Shown: positions 28,896 through 37,968 of the stretch, one piece after another
Layout of the letters: the number at the start of each line of letters is the position of its first letter
Numbering within the stretch: the first letter of the stretch is position 1
NCBI GenBank assembly: GCA_963809485.1
Contig: CAWEJX010000005.1
Span: 32,001 to 96,000 of the forward strand
Length of the DNA stretch: 64,000 bases
Source of the DNA: an uncultured Acidobacteriota bacterium
Lineage (GTDB): Bacteria > Acidobacteriota > UBA6911
Direction of reading: 5' to 3'
The notes under the pieces: model-generated
Database searches by the model: none
The model's input: the letters and a program-made list of their open reading frames with translations, nothing else
Told to the model about the DNA's origin: nothing
Made by a program: the position numbers and the translations under genes

Positions 28896-29663
28896 ATGCA
28901 GGAACTCGTAAGCCGCGAAAAAGCCTATGCCCCTGTTATTCCCCTGGATATCAAAAGGGATGAACTGATCCTGGAGCATCTTCCTCAGATCAAGTACATC
29001 GCCCAGCGGATATCCACCAAGCTCCCTTCCCATGTTGAACTGAATGATCTCGTGAGCGCCGGCATTTTGGGATTACTGGACGCCATCGAAAAATTTGATC
29101 CTCACCGCGGCGTGAAATTCAAAACCTACGCCGAGCTGCGCATCAAAGGCGCAATTCTGGACAGCCTCCGCAACCTGGACTGGGCTCCGCGGTCCCTGCG
29201 CAAGAAGAGCAAGGACCTGGAAAAGATTTATCGGGAACTCGAGCAGCGCCTGGGCCGGCCTGCCACCGACAAGGAAGTCTGCGATGCGATGGAAATCTCG
29301 CTCCAGGAATTCTACGAACTGGTGGACCAGATCAAAGGGTTGAACCTCGGCAGCTTCCAGGAGCTTGCCGGTCAGGACGACGACAAAAACAGCGAGCCCC
29401 TTGTCAAGTATGTCCCGGACGCCCCTCAAATGGACCCTTTCTTCGTATTTCACAAAACGGAGGTCCAGGGCATCCTCAGCACCGCCATCGACACGTTGCC
29501 CAAAAAAGAGCGCCTGGTGGTTTCGCTCTACTACTTTGACGAAATGACCATGAAGGAGATCGGCAAAGTCCTGGGCGTCAATGAATCCCGTGTTTCCCAG
29601 CTTCACACCAAGGCCATGCTCAGGCTTCGCACGAAGCTCCGGCGAGTGAGCGGACAGGAATAG
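28896..29663 (+). CDS. fliA: RNA polymerase sigma-28 factor FliA/WhiG
   Basis: LPSHVELNDL, FKTYAELRIKGAILDSLR.LDWAPRS, LYYFDEMTMKEIG.VLGVNESRVSQLH. Confidence 0.93.
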   Translation: MQELVSREKAYAPVIPLDIKRDELILEHLPQIKYIAQRISTKLPSHVELNDLVSAGILGLLDAIEKFDPHRGVKFKTYAELRIKGAILDSLRNLDWAPRSLRKKSKDLEKIYRELEQRLGRPATDKEVCDAMEISLQEFYELVDQIKGLNLGSFQELAGQDDDKNSEPLVKYVPDAPQMDPFFVFHKTEVQGILSTAIDTLPKKERLVVSLYYFDEMTMKEIGKVLGVNESRVSQLHTKAMLRLRTKLRRVSGQE

Positions 29664-29861
29664 ATGGCCGACATGCAGACGATGAGAGAACTGCTTTCGC
29701 GGGAAGAACTGGAAGCCCTCCTTTCGGAGCCGCCTTTTGACGGCTGTCAGCGGCGCAATCCGAAAGCTGATTCCGGTTCGCTGTGCCAAACATCAGAAAG
29801 TCCGGGGGAGAGCGATGGCTCGGAAAAGCTCCCTTCCCCGCATGAGGTGGAAAAACCATAG
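29664..29861 (+). pseudogene. Possible FliM/FliY N-terminal remnant or small peptide
   Basis: ATG directly follows the fliA TAG; ELLSREELEALL resembles the LSQxEIDALL CheY-binding motif; remainder unrecognisable. Confidence 0.4.
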
Positions 29862-30250
29862 GGGATTCGGTCCGGCCGGCAGAGTGCCGCAGGCCAATGG
29901 TATGCCGAAGCTCCCCATAAAGACCGAATGAGATTTTATGAAGCAAGCTTCGAATTCTCTCCTCACCCTTTGCCCAATCCCTTCAAAGGAGATGCCGTCC
30001 GCTCCGGCCCGGAATCTGGAATTGGCCGGCGCAGACGGCTGCTGCTTTCCCCCATCTGCATTTTTCGGAAGGCTGCTCGAAAAGGATTTTCATGCTTTCC
30101 GAACCGTTTGTACCCCCTGCAGGACTGTTTCTGCATCAGGTTGGGTGAGGGGAGGATCCGGAGCTTGCACATTATATTGGTGAGGACGGGTTTGCGGACC
30201 CGTCCGGCGCGGTTATGGCCTTCAGGACCGGAGCGCGGGACCGGGCAGGT

Positions 30251-31336
30251 ATGAGAGAAACGGACATATTGATTGGCCAGAAGGTCGTCGGCGAAAGCTC
30301 CCGGGTTTTTGTCATTGCCGAAATCGGCATCAACCACAACGGCAGCGTGAGCCAGGCGGAAACGATGATTGACGCTGCGGCTCAGGCCGGCGCGGATGCG
30401 GTCAAGTTTCAGAGCTTCCGGGCGGACCGTCTGCTGATCCCATCGAGGGACCGGCATGTCCAGCAGATCACCGGCGCGGAAACCCTTTATCACACATTGC
30501 GCCGCTGCGAACTCAGCTGGGAGGACCAGGCGAAGCTCAAAAAGCATGCCGACGAAAGGGAAATACTCTTTTTGTCGACTCCCTTCGATGAAGAAAGCGC
30601 CGATTTTCTGGATTCGATAGGCGTGCCGGCCTTCAAAATTTCCTCCCCCGACATCACCCATGTGCCTTTGCTGAGGCATGTGGCATCCAAAGGCAAACCG
30701 ATTCTGCTCTCCACCGGCATGTCCTTCCTCAATGAGGTAGCCGATGCCCTGTGGAACCTGCGGGCGGCCGGGGCCAAGGAAATCCTGCTGATGCACTGCG
30801 TCTCGGTTTACCCCGCATCCCCGCAGCACATGAACCTGCAGGCGCTCGGGACCCTGCGGTCCTATTTTGAGCTGCCGGTGGGTTTATCCGACCACAGTGA
30901 GGGGATCGTTCTCCCCATGGTGGCGGTGGCGCTCGGCGCCGTAACCATCGAGAAACACTTCACCCTGGACAAGCAGGCCGATGGCCCGGACCACAAATCC
31001 AGCGTCAATCCCGACGAACTGAAGCAGCTGATACAGGGCCTGAGGGATGTCGAAGTCAGCCTGGGCGACGGCAGGAAAAGGCCAGCCGATGTGGAAGAGG
31101 AATTGCGGCTTTACAGCCGCCGCAGCATCGTCGCCGCCGTCGATATACGCGCCCGCGAGGTTATTGCCCCCTGGATGCTAACGTTCAAGCGTCCCGCAAG
31201 CGGCCTGGAACCGCGATATATAGACAAAGTAATTGGAATGACCACCCGCCGGAATATTGGCAAAGACACCATCCTGCAATGGGAAGACCTCGCCCCCACC
31301 ACGGAATCACGAATGAAAAACGCTGACCCACGCTGA
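30251..31336 (+). CDS. neuB: N-acetylneuraminate/pseudaminate/legionaminate synthase family (NeuB + SAF)
   Basis: IAEIGINHNG, DAVKFQ, STPFD, ILLSTGM, HCVS.YP, GLSDH, IEKHFTLD. Confidence 0.9.
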   Translation: MRETDILIGQKVVGESSRVFVIAEIGINHNGSVSQAETMIDAAAQAGADAVKFQSFRADRLLIPSRDRHVQQITGAETLYHTLRRCELSWEDQAKLKKHADEREILFLSTPFDEESADFLDSIGVPAFKISSPDITHVPLLRHVASKGKPILLSTGMSFLNEVADALWNLRAAGAKEILLMHCVSVYPASPQHMNLQALGTLRSYFELPVGLSDHSEGIVLPMVAVALGAVTIEKHFTLDKQADGPDHKSSVNPDELKQLIQGLRDVEVSLGDGRKRPADVEEELRLYSRRSIVAAVDIRAREVIAPWMLTFKRPASGLEPRYIDKVIGMTTRRNIGKDTILQWEDLAPTTESRMKNADPR

Positions 31337-31415
31337 ACGGACGCTGACCCACGCCGACAAAAATTTATATATATTTTTCCGCGTATGTCGGCGTCCTGTC
31401 AGCGTACGTCAGCGT
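31319..31415. repeat. Family C array arranged as an inverted repeat around an AT-rich spacer, between convergent genes
   Basis: acgctgacccacgctgaacggacgctgacccacgccgac-aaaaatttatatatattttt-...gtcggcgt..gtcagcgtacgtcagcgtt. Confidence 0.8.
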
Positions 31416-31426
31416 TATATATCAGC

Positions 31427-32368
31427 CTATCTCTGCCAGACGAATGCGCCGAATTGTTTGCGCGTGAGGAATCCCAAACGCTGATACCATTGAAATGCGC
31501 GCCGGTTCTCTGCGGTCACGGTCAGGCTCACCGTGCGGATCCCCGATGCCAGGAAGCCTTCGAACGCGGAGTGCATGAGAGCGTTGCCGATGCCCTTGCC
31601 CTGGTGCGAGGGGCGGACGGCGATCTGCGGGATCATTCCCGCCGATCCGGAGATGCGGCTGGCGGTGATGAATCCGCACGGATCCCCATCCTCGTCCAGG
31701 CAGATGAATGACGCTCCGGGAAGGAAAAACCCGCAACCGGGATTTTCCACCAGGCTGCGCAAGTAGCTTTCGCATCCCTCCCTGCTTTGATAGTCCTGGC
31801 AAATGACGGCGTCGGTCTGGCCCCGGTAGCTCGCCGAGGTCATCTCGGCCAGGCGTGGAAGGCAGGCAATGCTCCAGGCGACGATTCGCTCCTGCCGGAG
31901 AATTGGATTCGGGCGCCGGGGCGTGCGGGTCAGATCCAGTTCCATGAAATAGCGCGGGTAATGGGAAAAGCCGTGCCGGGTAAAAGCGTGCGTGAGTTCC
32001 AGATCGTGGAAGGGAAGAATCTGCGCTTCCACCCGGCAGATGTTTTGCGCGTCCCTCAGGCTTGTGATGGAGAGCGAGAGAAGCTCATCAACCGCCTGCT
32101 GGGAATTGCTTCGCCGGGCTGCATAGATGGCCCCGATGATGCCCTTGGCCTGGTTGACCAGAAAGTAAATGTAGGCGACCGCTTCGTGATCGACCAGCGC
32201 CACGTAACCGGGCAAAAGCTTCTGTTGGATAAACGAAACCAATATGCGCCGGACAGGGGCATAATCCCAGTCCAGATCCGACATCCATGCTTTCTCCTCT
32301 TCCTCCATGAGAGAGAGCAGGAGCTCCGGATCGGAGCGGCTTATCGGGAGATATCGGAGGTCGCGCAT
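31427..32368 (-). CDS. Tandem GNAT-family acetyltransferase
   Basis: IAVRPSHQGKGIG, LTVTAENRRAFQWYQRLGF. Confidence 0.82.
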   Translation of the reverse strand: MRDLRYLPISRSDPELLLSLMEEEEKAWMSDLDWDYAPVRRILVSFIQQKLLPGYVALVDHEAVAYIYFLVNQAKGIIGAIYAARRSNSQQAVDELLSLSITSLRDAQNICRVEAQILPFHDLELTHAFTRHGFSHYPRYFMELDLTRTPRRPNPILRQERIVAWSIACLPRLAEMTSASYRGQTDAVICQDYQSREGCESYLRSLVENPGCGFFLPGASFICLDEDGDPCGFITASRISGSAGMIPQIAVRPSHQGKGIGNALMHSAFEGFLASGIRTVSLTVTAENRRAFQWYQRLGFLTRKQFGAFVWQR

Positions 32369-33459
32369 AGGACGTCGAGGCAGTCCAGGTTTATATGGGA
32401 TTGGTTTACCGAGTCGTGGATAGCCAGCCAGGTCTCCGGGGGTACGCCGAGGAAGGCCTCCACGATCCGCGGATCAAACTGGGTTCCGGCGCAGGACCGG
32501 ATTTCCTTCAAGGCTGCTTCATAGCTGAGGGCTTTGCGGTAGGGACGGTCGCTGGTCATGGCATCCAGGGTATCCGCCACCGCGAATACCCTGGCCCCCA
32601 GCGGGATATTCTCGCCGGATAGGCCGTTCGGGTACCCTCGCCCGTCCCATCGCTCCTGGTGGGACAGGACAATCCTGGCCGCCGGCGCCAGAAACTCGAT
32701 GCTCTGGAGGATGTCGTAGCCGATCCGCGGATGCTTCTTCATTTCCACCCATTCCTCTTTGCTCAGTTTCCCGGGCTTCAGAAGGATCGAGTCGGGAACG
32801 CCGATTTTTCCGACATCGTGAAGCAGCGCGCCGCGCCCGACCTGGACCAGGTCTTCCTGCCCCAGTTCCAGGTGTGCAGCCAGCGTCAGCGTGTATTCCC
32901 GCACCCTCTGGGAGTGTGCCTGCGTCTCATGCTCACGGGCATCCAGAGCCGTTACCAGCGCCTCCAGAGTGATCTTGTAACTTTCCTCCACTCCCTGCAA
33001 GGCTTCATTGAGTTCCAGGGTGCGCTTGCGGACCTTGGACTCAAGTTTTTCGCGATAGCGGCGGTTTTCAATGAGCAGCCTTCGACGCTCGAATGCGCGC
33101 TCGACTGCGTGCCGCATGCCCTGCAAATCGAAGGGCTTGGTGATGAAATCGCAGGCGCCGATGCGCAACGAATCCACCGCCAGGTGAATATCCTTCATGC
33201 CCGTGATCATGATAAAGGCTATTTCCGGATCCTTCCCCTTGACCCGGTGCAGAAGCTCCATTCCGGAAATCCCGGGCATCATGATATCACTGATCACGAG
33301 AGAAAAATTCCTCTGCTTCAGCTTGCAGAGCGCGTCCATTCCGTCGTGCGAGGTCTCACACTCAGCCCCCTCGCTCTCCAGGTGCCTTTTCAGGACCGAA
33401 CGAACGTTGGCTTCGTCGTCGACAATGAGGATTCGCTCGCGCACCTTTTTTGATGTCAT
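32341..33459 (-). CDS. Response regulator with HD-GYP c-di-GMP phosphodiesterase domain (RpfG-like)
   Basis: ILIVDDE, SDIMMP; HSQRV, LHDVGKIG, HQERWDGRGYP. Confidence 0.93.
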   Translation of the reverse strand: MTSKKVRERILIVDDEANVRSVLKRHLESEGAECETSHDGMDALCKLKQRNFSLVISDIMMPGISGMELLHRVKGKDPEIAFIMITGMKDIHLAVDSLRIGACDFITKPFDLQGMRHAVERAFERRRLLIENRRYREKLESKVRKRTLELNEALQGVEESYKITLEALVTALDAREHETQAHSQRVREYTLTLAAHLELGQEDLVQVGRGALLHDVGKIGVPDSILLKPGKLSKEEWVEMKKHPRIGYDILQSIEFLAPAARIVLSHQERWDGRGYPNGLSGENIPLGARVFAVADTLDAMTSDRPYRKALSYEAALKEIRSCAGTQFDPRIVEAFLGVPPETWLAIHDSVNQSHINLDCLDVLCATSDISR

Positions 33460-33474
33460 GGGATTGCCGGAAAT

Positions 33475-33816
33475 TCAGGAGGAGCCTGGATTCTTTTTCT
33501 GTTCCCGGATTTTGTTCATGACCCGGTAATGCTGATCGCGCATCAACCCTTCTATGCGGCTGGAATCCTGGGATTCGAGCACGTCGGGTGGATACTCCGA
33601 TTTGGTGGAAAACACGACGCGCCCATTGGAAAAAACCTGGGTCAGGATGCACATCGCGGGGGATTTCATGTTTTCGGTCTGAACATGGAGCTGCCGGCCC
33701 ATAAAATCCAGGTTGTCGTTCAGTCCCATGACCGTAGGGACCGCAGCGGATGGGATGCTCCTGTCGACCCCGCTCTCCTTTCCGGATGTCTCAGCCTGCA
33801 GATCCTTTGAATGCAT
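33475..33816 (-). CDS. Conserved hypothetical protein
   Basis: G.ND...HVQTE...TQVF..GRV...M..QH pattern; co-oriented with the HD-GYP gene. Confidence 0.6.
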   Translation of the reverse strand: MHSKDLQAETSGKESGVDRSIPSAAVPTVMGLNDNLDFMGRQLHVQTENMKSPAMCILTQVFSNGRVVFSTKSEYPPDVLESQDSSRIEGLMRDQHYRVMNKIREQKKNPGSS

Positions 33817-33875
33817 GCTTCCCCCTGCCCTGTATCAGGCTTTTTCCTTTATCGACGAATTGAAGGGGGAGCATT

Positions 33876-34123
33876 ACGTTGAACGTTTAAACGTTCAAAC
33901 GTTGAACGTTAAAACCATGTGATGGGTTGCGAGTGATTGATGATTCAAGGTGGAAAGTGAAAACGTTTAAACGTTTACACGTTAAAACGTTGAACGTTAA
34001 AACCAATATGATGGGTTTTGAGTAATTGATGACTCAAGGTGGAAGGTGGAAAACCCAAATGATGGATTGTGAGCAATTAATGATTGAACGTTCAAACGTT
34101 CAACGTTTAAACGTTCAACGTTC
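33876..34123. repeat. Composite array: AACGTT runs alternating with three copies of a ~36-bp unit
   Basis: AAAACC..TGATGG.TT..GAG..ATT.ATGA.T at about 33911, 33999 and 34050. Confidence 0.8.
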
Positions 34124-35495
34124 AGATGGCCTGCGGTTCCGGGAACAGGAAGGGATGGAGTGCCGTGGACTGGAGGAATCTCCAGACGTAGCGCGGGCGC
34201 AGATGATAGGAAACATAAGCGAATTCGCGCAGCCGGTGGAGTTCCTCGGGCAGGATGCTGGGGTGCCTGTAGACACTCGTCCAGCCGTTGAAGCGTTCCC
34301 AGTCGCGTTCAAAAATGGACGGCCGGACGGAATCGTAAAACTGCGTGCCCGGGTACGGTGTGGTCACCGTGAACTGGATGGCGAACGTGTTGAGCCTCTT
34401 GGCGTAGCGTATGGTTTCGTGGATCCCTTCCACCGTGTCGTTCGGGAGGCCAAGGGTGTAATTGGCGATGACCCGGATGCCGAGCTTGTGGCATTCGTTG
34501 ATGATGCGTTCCTGCTGGTCTATGGGTGTGGCCTTGCGCTGGTTTTTGCGCAGCATCTCGTGGTTGGAGGATTCCACCCCGACCTCGATGCTCCTCAGCC
34601 CCGCGCGGTACAGCAATTGGATCAGCTCCGGATCCAGACGATCGGTGCGCGCCTCCATGCTCCAGCGCACGTCCAGATTGTATTTCAGCAGAAGATCCGC
34701 AAACTCGCCGGCACGTTTCATGTCGAAGGTCAGATTGGGGTCGCGGAAGGAGATGCCGTGAATTCCGTATTGATCCACCAGATACCGTATTTCGTCGACG
34801 ATGCTTTCGGGAGTGCGTACGCGATACTTTGAATTCACCAGGTAAGGGCAATAATTGCAGGTATAGGGGCAGCCTCGGCTCCCGAGCATCGGGAGCGTAA
34901 TCCCTTTGTTGGTGATAATCTGGTAGCGAAACCGCCGGATATCGAACTGGTCCCATTTGGGGTAGGGAAGCCCGTCAAGGTCCTCGACGAATCCGGCGGA
35001 AATTGTCCCTGAAGGTATCTCTCCCCGGGCCAGCGCCGGGGCGATGTTCTCGATTTCCTCTTTGACCACAAAATCTGAAGCGCCGCTGAAGAAGTCGGGA
35101 ACGGCGGACGCGAACGTTCCGAAGTACCCCACTCTGGCCCCGAACCTGCGCCTGGCTTCCAGCCCGAGTTCTCGTTCCAGGTTGCAGTCGACAATGGAGG
35201 ATGAGATGAGATACAGGTCCGCCGGCACGAGCTGGTCGGCGCGGCGCACATCCAGGATCCTGACCGATGCGCCGTGGGCCGAGAGGATCGAGTCCAGATA
35301 CGCAAGGGTGATGTTGGGAATGGCCGCGATGCGTCTTTTGGCAATTTCCAGGAGCCGGGCGAAGGGGGAATTACCCACTGTGAAAACAGTGCCGAACCCG
35401 CCGGCAACATCCTTCAGCGTGCAGTTTTTCTGGCGGCTTGCATTCAGTACTGCTATTTTCACGTAAGTCCTTCTTCCTTCAGCGGGGCCGTTCAT
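34122..35495 (-). CDS. Radical SAM protein (B12-binding/class B-like)
   Basis: SRGCPYTCNYC, FRDPNL, GVES, TPYPGT. Confidence 0.88.
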   Translation of the reverse strand: MNGPAEGRRTYVKIAVLNASRQKNCTLKDVAGGFGTVFTVGNSPFARLLEIAKRRIAAIPNITLAYLDSILSAHGASVRILDVRRADQLVPADLYLISSSIVDCNLERELGLEARRRFGARVGYFGTFASAVPDFFSGASDFVVKEEIENIAPALARGEIPSGTISAGFVEDLDGLPYPKWDQFDIRRFRYQIITNKGITLPMLGSRGCPYTCNYCPYLVNSKYRVRTPESIVDEIRYLVDQYGIHGISFRDPNLTFDMKRAGEFADLLLKYNLDVRWSMEARTDRLDPELIQLLYRAGLRSIEVGVESSNHEMLRKNQRKATPIDQQERIINECHKLGIRVIANYTLGLPNDTVEGIHETIRYAKRLNTFAIQFTVTTPYPGTQFYDSVRPSIFERDWERFNGWTSVYRHPSILPEELHRLREFAYVSYHLRPRYVWRFLQSTALHPFLFPEPQAI

Positions 35496-35566
35496 GATTG
35501 ACGCGGCGCCCATGTAAAAAACCCGTAATTATAGCAGCCGCAGCGGCAAATGCAAGAAATCCAAAT

Positions 35567-35650
35567 AACGCTGATAAACGCCGACGAACGCCGATGAAAA
35601 ATTTCAAGATTTTTTCATTGTTTGTCAGCCTCGGTCCGCGTCCGTCAGCC
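35567..35650. repeat. Family C array / imperfect inverted repeat
   Basis: acgctgataaacgccgacgaacgccgat ... gtcagcc..gtcagcc. Confidence 0.65.
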
Positions 35651-35752
35651 CCAATCTGGACAAACCTGGCCTTCCGGCCTTATGGGGCTTTTGGCCGGGT
35701 TCAGGACAGGAAACATGGCATAATGAAAGACTGTATTCGTGAAAGGACCGGT

Positions 35753-36682
35753 ATGAGTACGAGGGAGTTTATTGCACTGGGGACCAGCAGCCAGGCGCCG
35801 ACGAGAGAACGGAGCCACAATTCCTACCTGCTGCGTTGGGACGGCGAGGGTTTCCTGTTCGATCCCGGCGAGGGTGCCCAGCGTCAGCTCACGCTGGCCG
35901 GTGTGGCGGCCAGTTCCGTGAACAGCATTTGCATCACGCACCTGCACGGCGATCATTGCCTGGGTCTGGCAGGCGTGATTCAACGGCTTTCGCTGGACCG
36001 CTGCAGCCATCCCGTTCACATTTACTTTCCCGAAAGCGGGCAGCACTTCATCGACAGACTCTGCACCGCCTCCATATATGTTTCGCAGGTGCAAACGATC
36101 TTTCACCCCGTCCCTGAACAATCAGACCTCCTGATTGATTTGAGCCGGACCGCAAGCTACACCCTGACAGCTCATGCGCTCGTACATTCGGTCCCGACCA
36201 TCGGGTTCCGGCTTGAAGAGCACCCGGGATTGAGATTTTTGCCCGAAAAACTCGAAAGTGCAGGGGTGCGCGGTCCAAGGGTTGGGGAGCTCGAACGCCT
36301 GGGCAGCATCGAAATTGGCGGCCGCATTGTTCGCCGGGAAGATGTCAGTGTCATCCGGCGAGGAAGCATCTTTGCCTTTGTCATGGACACCAGGCCCTGT
36401 CCCGGCGCCGACATCCTGGCAAAGGATGCGGATTTGCTCGTGATGGAAGCGACCTATGCGTCGGAACAGCAGGACCTGGCCGATTTTTACGGCCACTCGA
36501 CCGCCGCCGGCGCCGCCCTGACGGCGCTCCGGGCCGGCGCACGCAGGCTTGCGCTGACGCATTTTTCTCAGCGCTATCCCGATTCCGGACAACACCTCGC
36601 CGACGCTCGCCGCATATTCGATAACGTCATAGCCCTCAACGACTTAGACCGCATTGAGATCCCCCGCCATCCCAATACATAA
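35753..36682 (+). CDS. rnz: Ribonuclease Z
   Basis: LGTSSQAPT.ER, FDPGEG.QRQ, ITHLHGDHCLGL, DTRPC, LTHFSQRY. Confidence 0.92.
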   Translation: MSTREFIALGTSSQAPTRERSHNSYLLRWDGEGFLFDPGEGAQRQLTLAGVAASSVNSICITHLHGDHCLGLAGVIQRLSLDRCSHPVHIYFPESGQHFIDRLCTASIYVSQVQTIFHPVPEQSDLLIDLSRTASYTLTAHALVHSVPTIGFRLEEHPGLRFLPEKLESAGVRGPRVGELERLGSIEIGGRIVRREDVSVIRRGSIFAFVMDTRPCPGADILAKDADLLVMEATYASEQQDLADFYGHSTAAGAALTALRAGARRLALTHFSQRYPDSGQHLADARRIFDNVIALNDLDRIEIPRHPNT

Positions 36683-36738
36683 CGTGGAAGGTGGAAAGTG
36701 GAAAGACCACCTGATGGATTATGAGGACCTTATAATTG

Positions 36739-37134
36739 CATTGGCAAACCCCCGACTGTGCCGGGGGACTCGAAGAGTTTGACAGCTCCGTATTTTGAAA
36801 CGCTGAGAAACGCTGATAAAGGCGCCGACAAACGCCGATTTGTTCGGCGTGGGTCGGCGAGCAAAAGCCGATGAGGCGCTTCCGATCGAGTTTTCTGCGG
36901 CGGCACTGTGGCAAACGCCCGGTTTCTCATACCCTTCATCTTCTTGCCGCACGGCGCTTGCCACAGTGCCGCCGCAGAAAACTGTCCAGCGCGGAGCGCT
37001 GGCCCCTGCAGGGATCGGAAGCGCCTCATCGGCTTTTGCCCGCGTAAGTCAGCGTTCAAGACCGGCGTAACTCCTCCAACCTCTTTGAGCGGTTCAAATC
37101 TTTCAAGCCTCGGCTTTGCCGGAGGTACCTGACT
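36739..37134 (+). mobile_element. Family A element, full copy (inner loop orientation 2), flanked by family D arrays
   Basis: Collinear with 14702-15097. Confidence 0.8.
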
Positions 37135-37135
37135 G

Positions 37136-37207
37136 AACGTTCAAAACGTTCCACCTTCCACGTTCCGCCTTCAACGTTTGAACGTTTAAACGTTCTAACG
37201 TTCCACA
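37136..37207. repeat. AACGTT array (family D)
   Basis: aacgttcaaaacgttccaccttccacgttccgccttcaacgtttgaacgtttaaacgttctaacgttcc. Confidence 0.8.
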
Positions 37208-37284
37208 TTCAAGATCACGCCATTTTCATCAAATAATTTGAAGTTTCGCGCGCCGTTTGGTAGCTTAAATTTTCGGGCCATTGG

Positions 37285-37887
37285 ATGCCCGAGGTTAAGG
37301 CTGAAGCCAGTTTATCAATGATAGAACAGAACGCTTCCGACACCGAAGCCCAACCGAAACCCAAGGGATTTATATTAGCCATCGAGCTTAAATCCTGGTT
37401 CCGCGATATCCTCTTCGCTTTTGCGGTCGCAATTTTCATTGTAATTTTCGTGATACAGCCGGTCAAAGTTGAGGGTACGAGCATGCAGCCGCAGCTCGTG
37501 GACCAGGAGAGAATTTTCGTGAATCGGTTCATCTACCGCTTCAAAGACATCGGGCGGGGTGACATTGTGGTCTTCTGGTATCCCAAGGACCGCACCAAAT
37601 CCTTCATAAAAAGGGTTGTCGGCATTCCGGGCGACGAGGTCGAAATCAGGGATGGTTCGGTCTACATCAATGGAGCCCGGGTCAATGAGCCCTATTTGAA
37701 ACCGGAATTCCGGGACTACAGGACCTTTAGGAAAATGGTTGTTCCCGGCGGCCAATATTTTGTGCTGGGAGATCACCGCAATTCCAGCAATGACAGCCGC
37801 AGCTGGGGATGTGTCGCACAATCTCTGATCTACGGCAAGGCGGTCTTCAGCTACTGGCCCTTCTCGCGGTTGGGGCTGGTGGAGTAA
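37285..37887 (+). CDS. lepB: Signal peptidase I
   Basis: VEGTSMQPQL, FIKRVVGIPGD, YFVLGDHRNSSNDSR. Confidence 0.93.
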   Translation: MPEVKAEASLSMIEQNASDTEAQPKPKGFILAIELKSWFRDILFAFAVAIFIVIFVIQPVKVEGTSMQPQLVDQERIFVNRFIYRFKDIGRGDIVVFWYPKDRTKSFIKRVVGIPGDEVEIRDGSVYINGARVNEPYLKPEFRDYRTFRKMVVPGGQYFVLGDHRNSSNDSRSWGCVAQSLIYGKAVFSYWPFSRLGLVE

Positions 37888-37968
37888 CAGGAAGTGGCGG
37901 CGCGGATCGATAGCGTTCCGGTTTAACGGCGGCTGACTGAAGTCCTTCGGCAGCAGATCCAGAACAAA

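Noticed and set aside
33876-34123. CRISPR array
   Set aside because: Only three degenerate units, the spacers are low-complexity repeats of unequal length, and there are no cas genes in the window.
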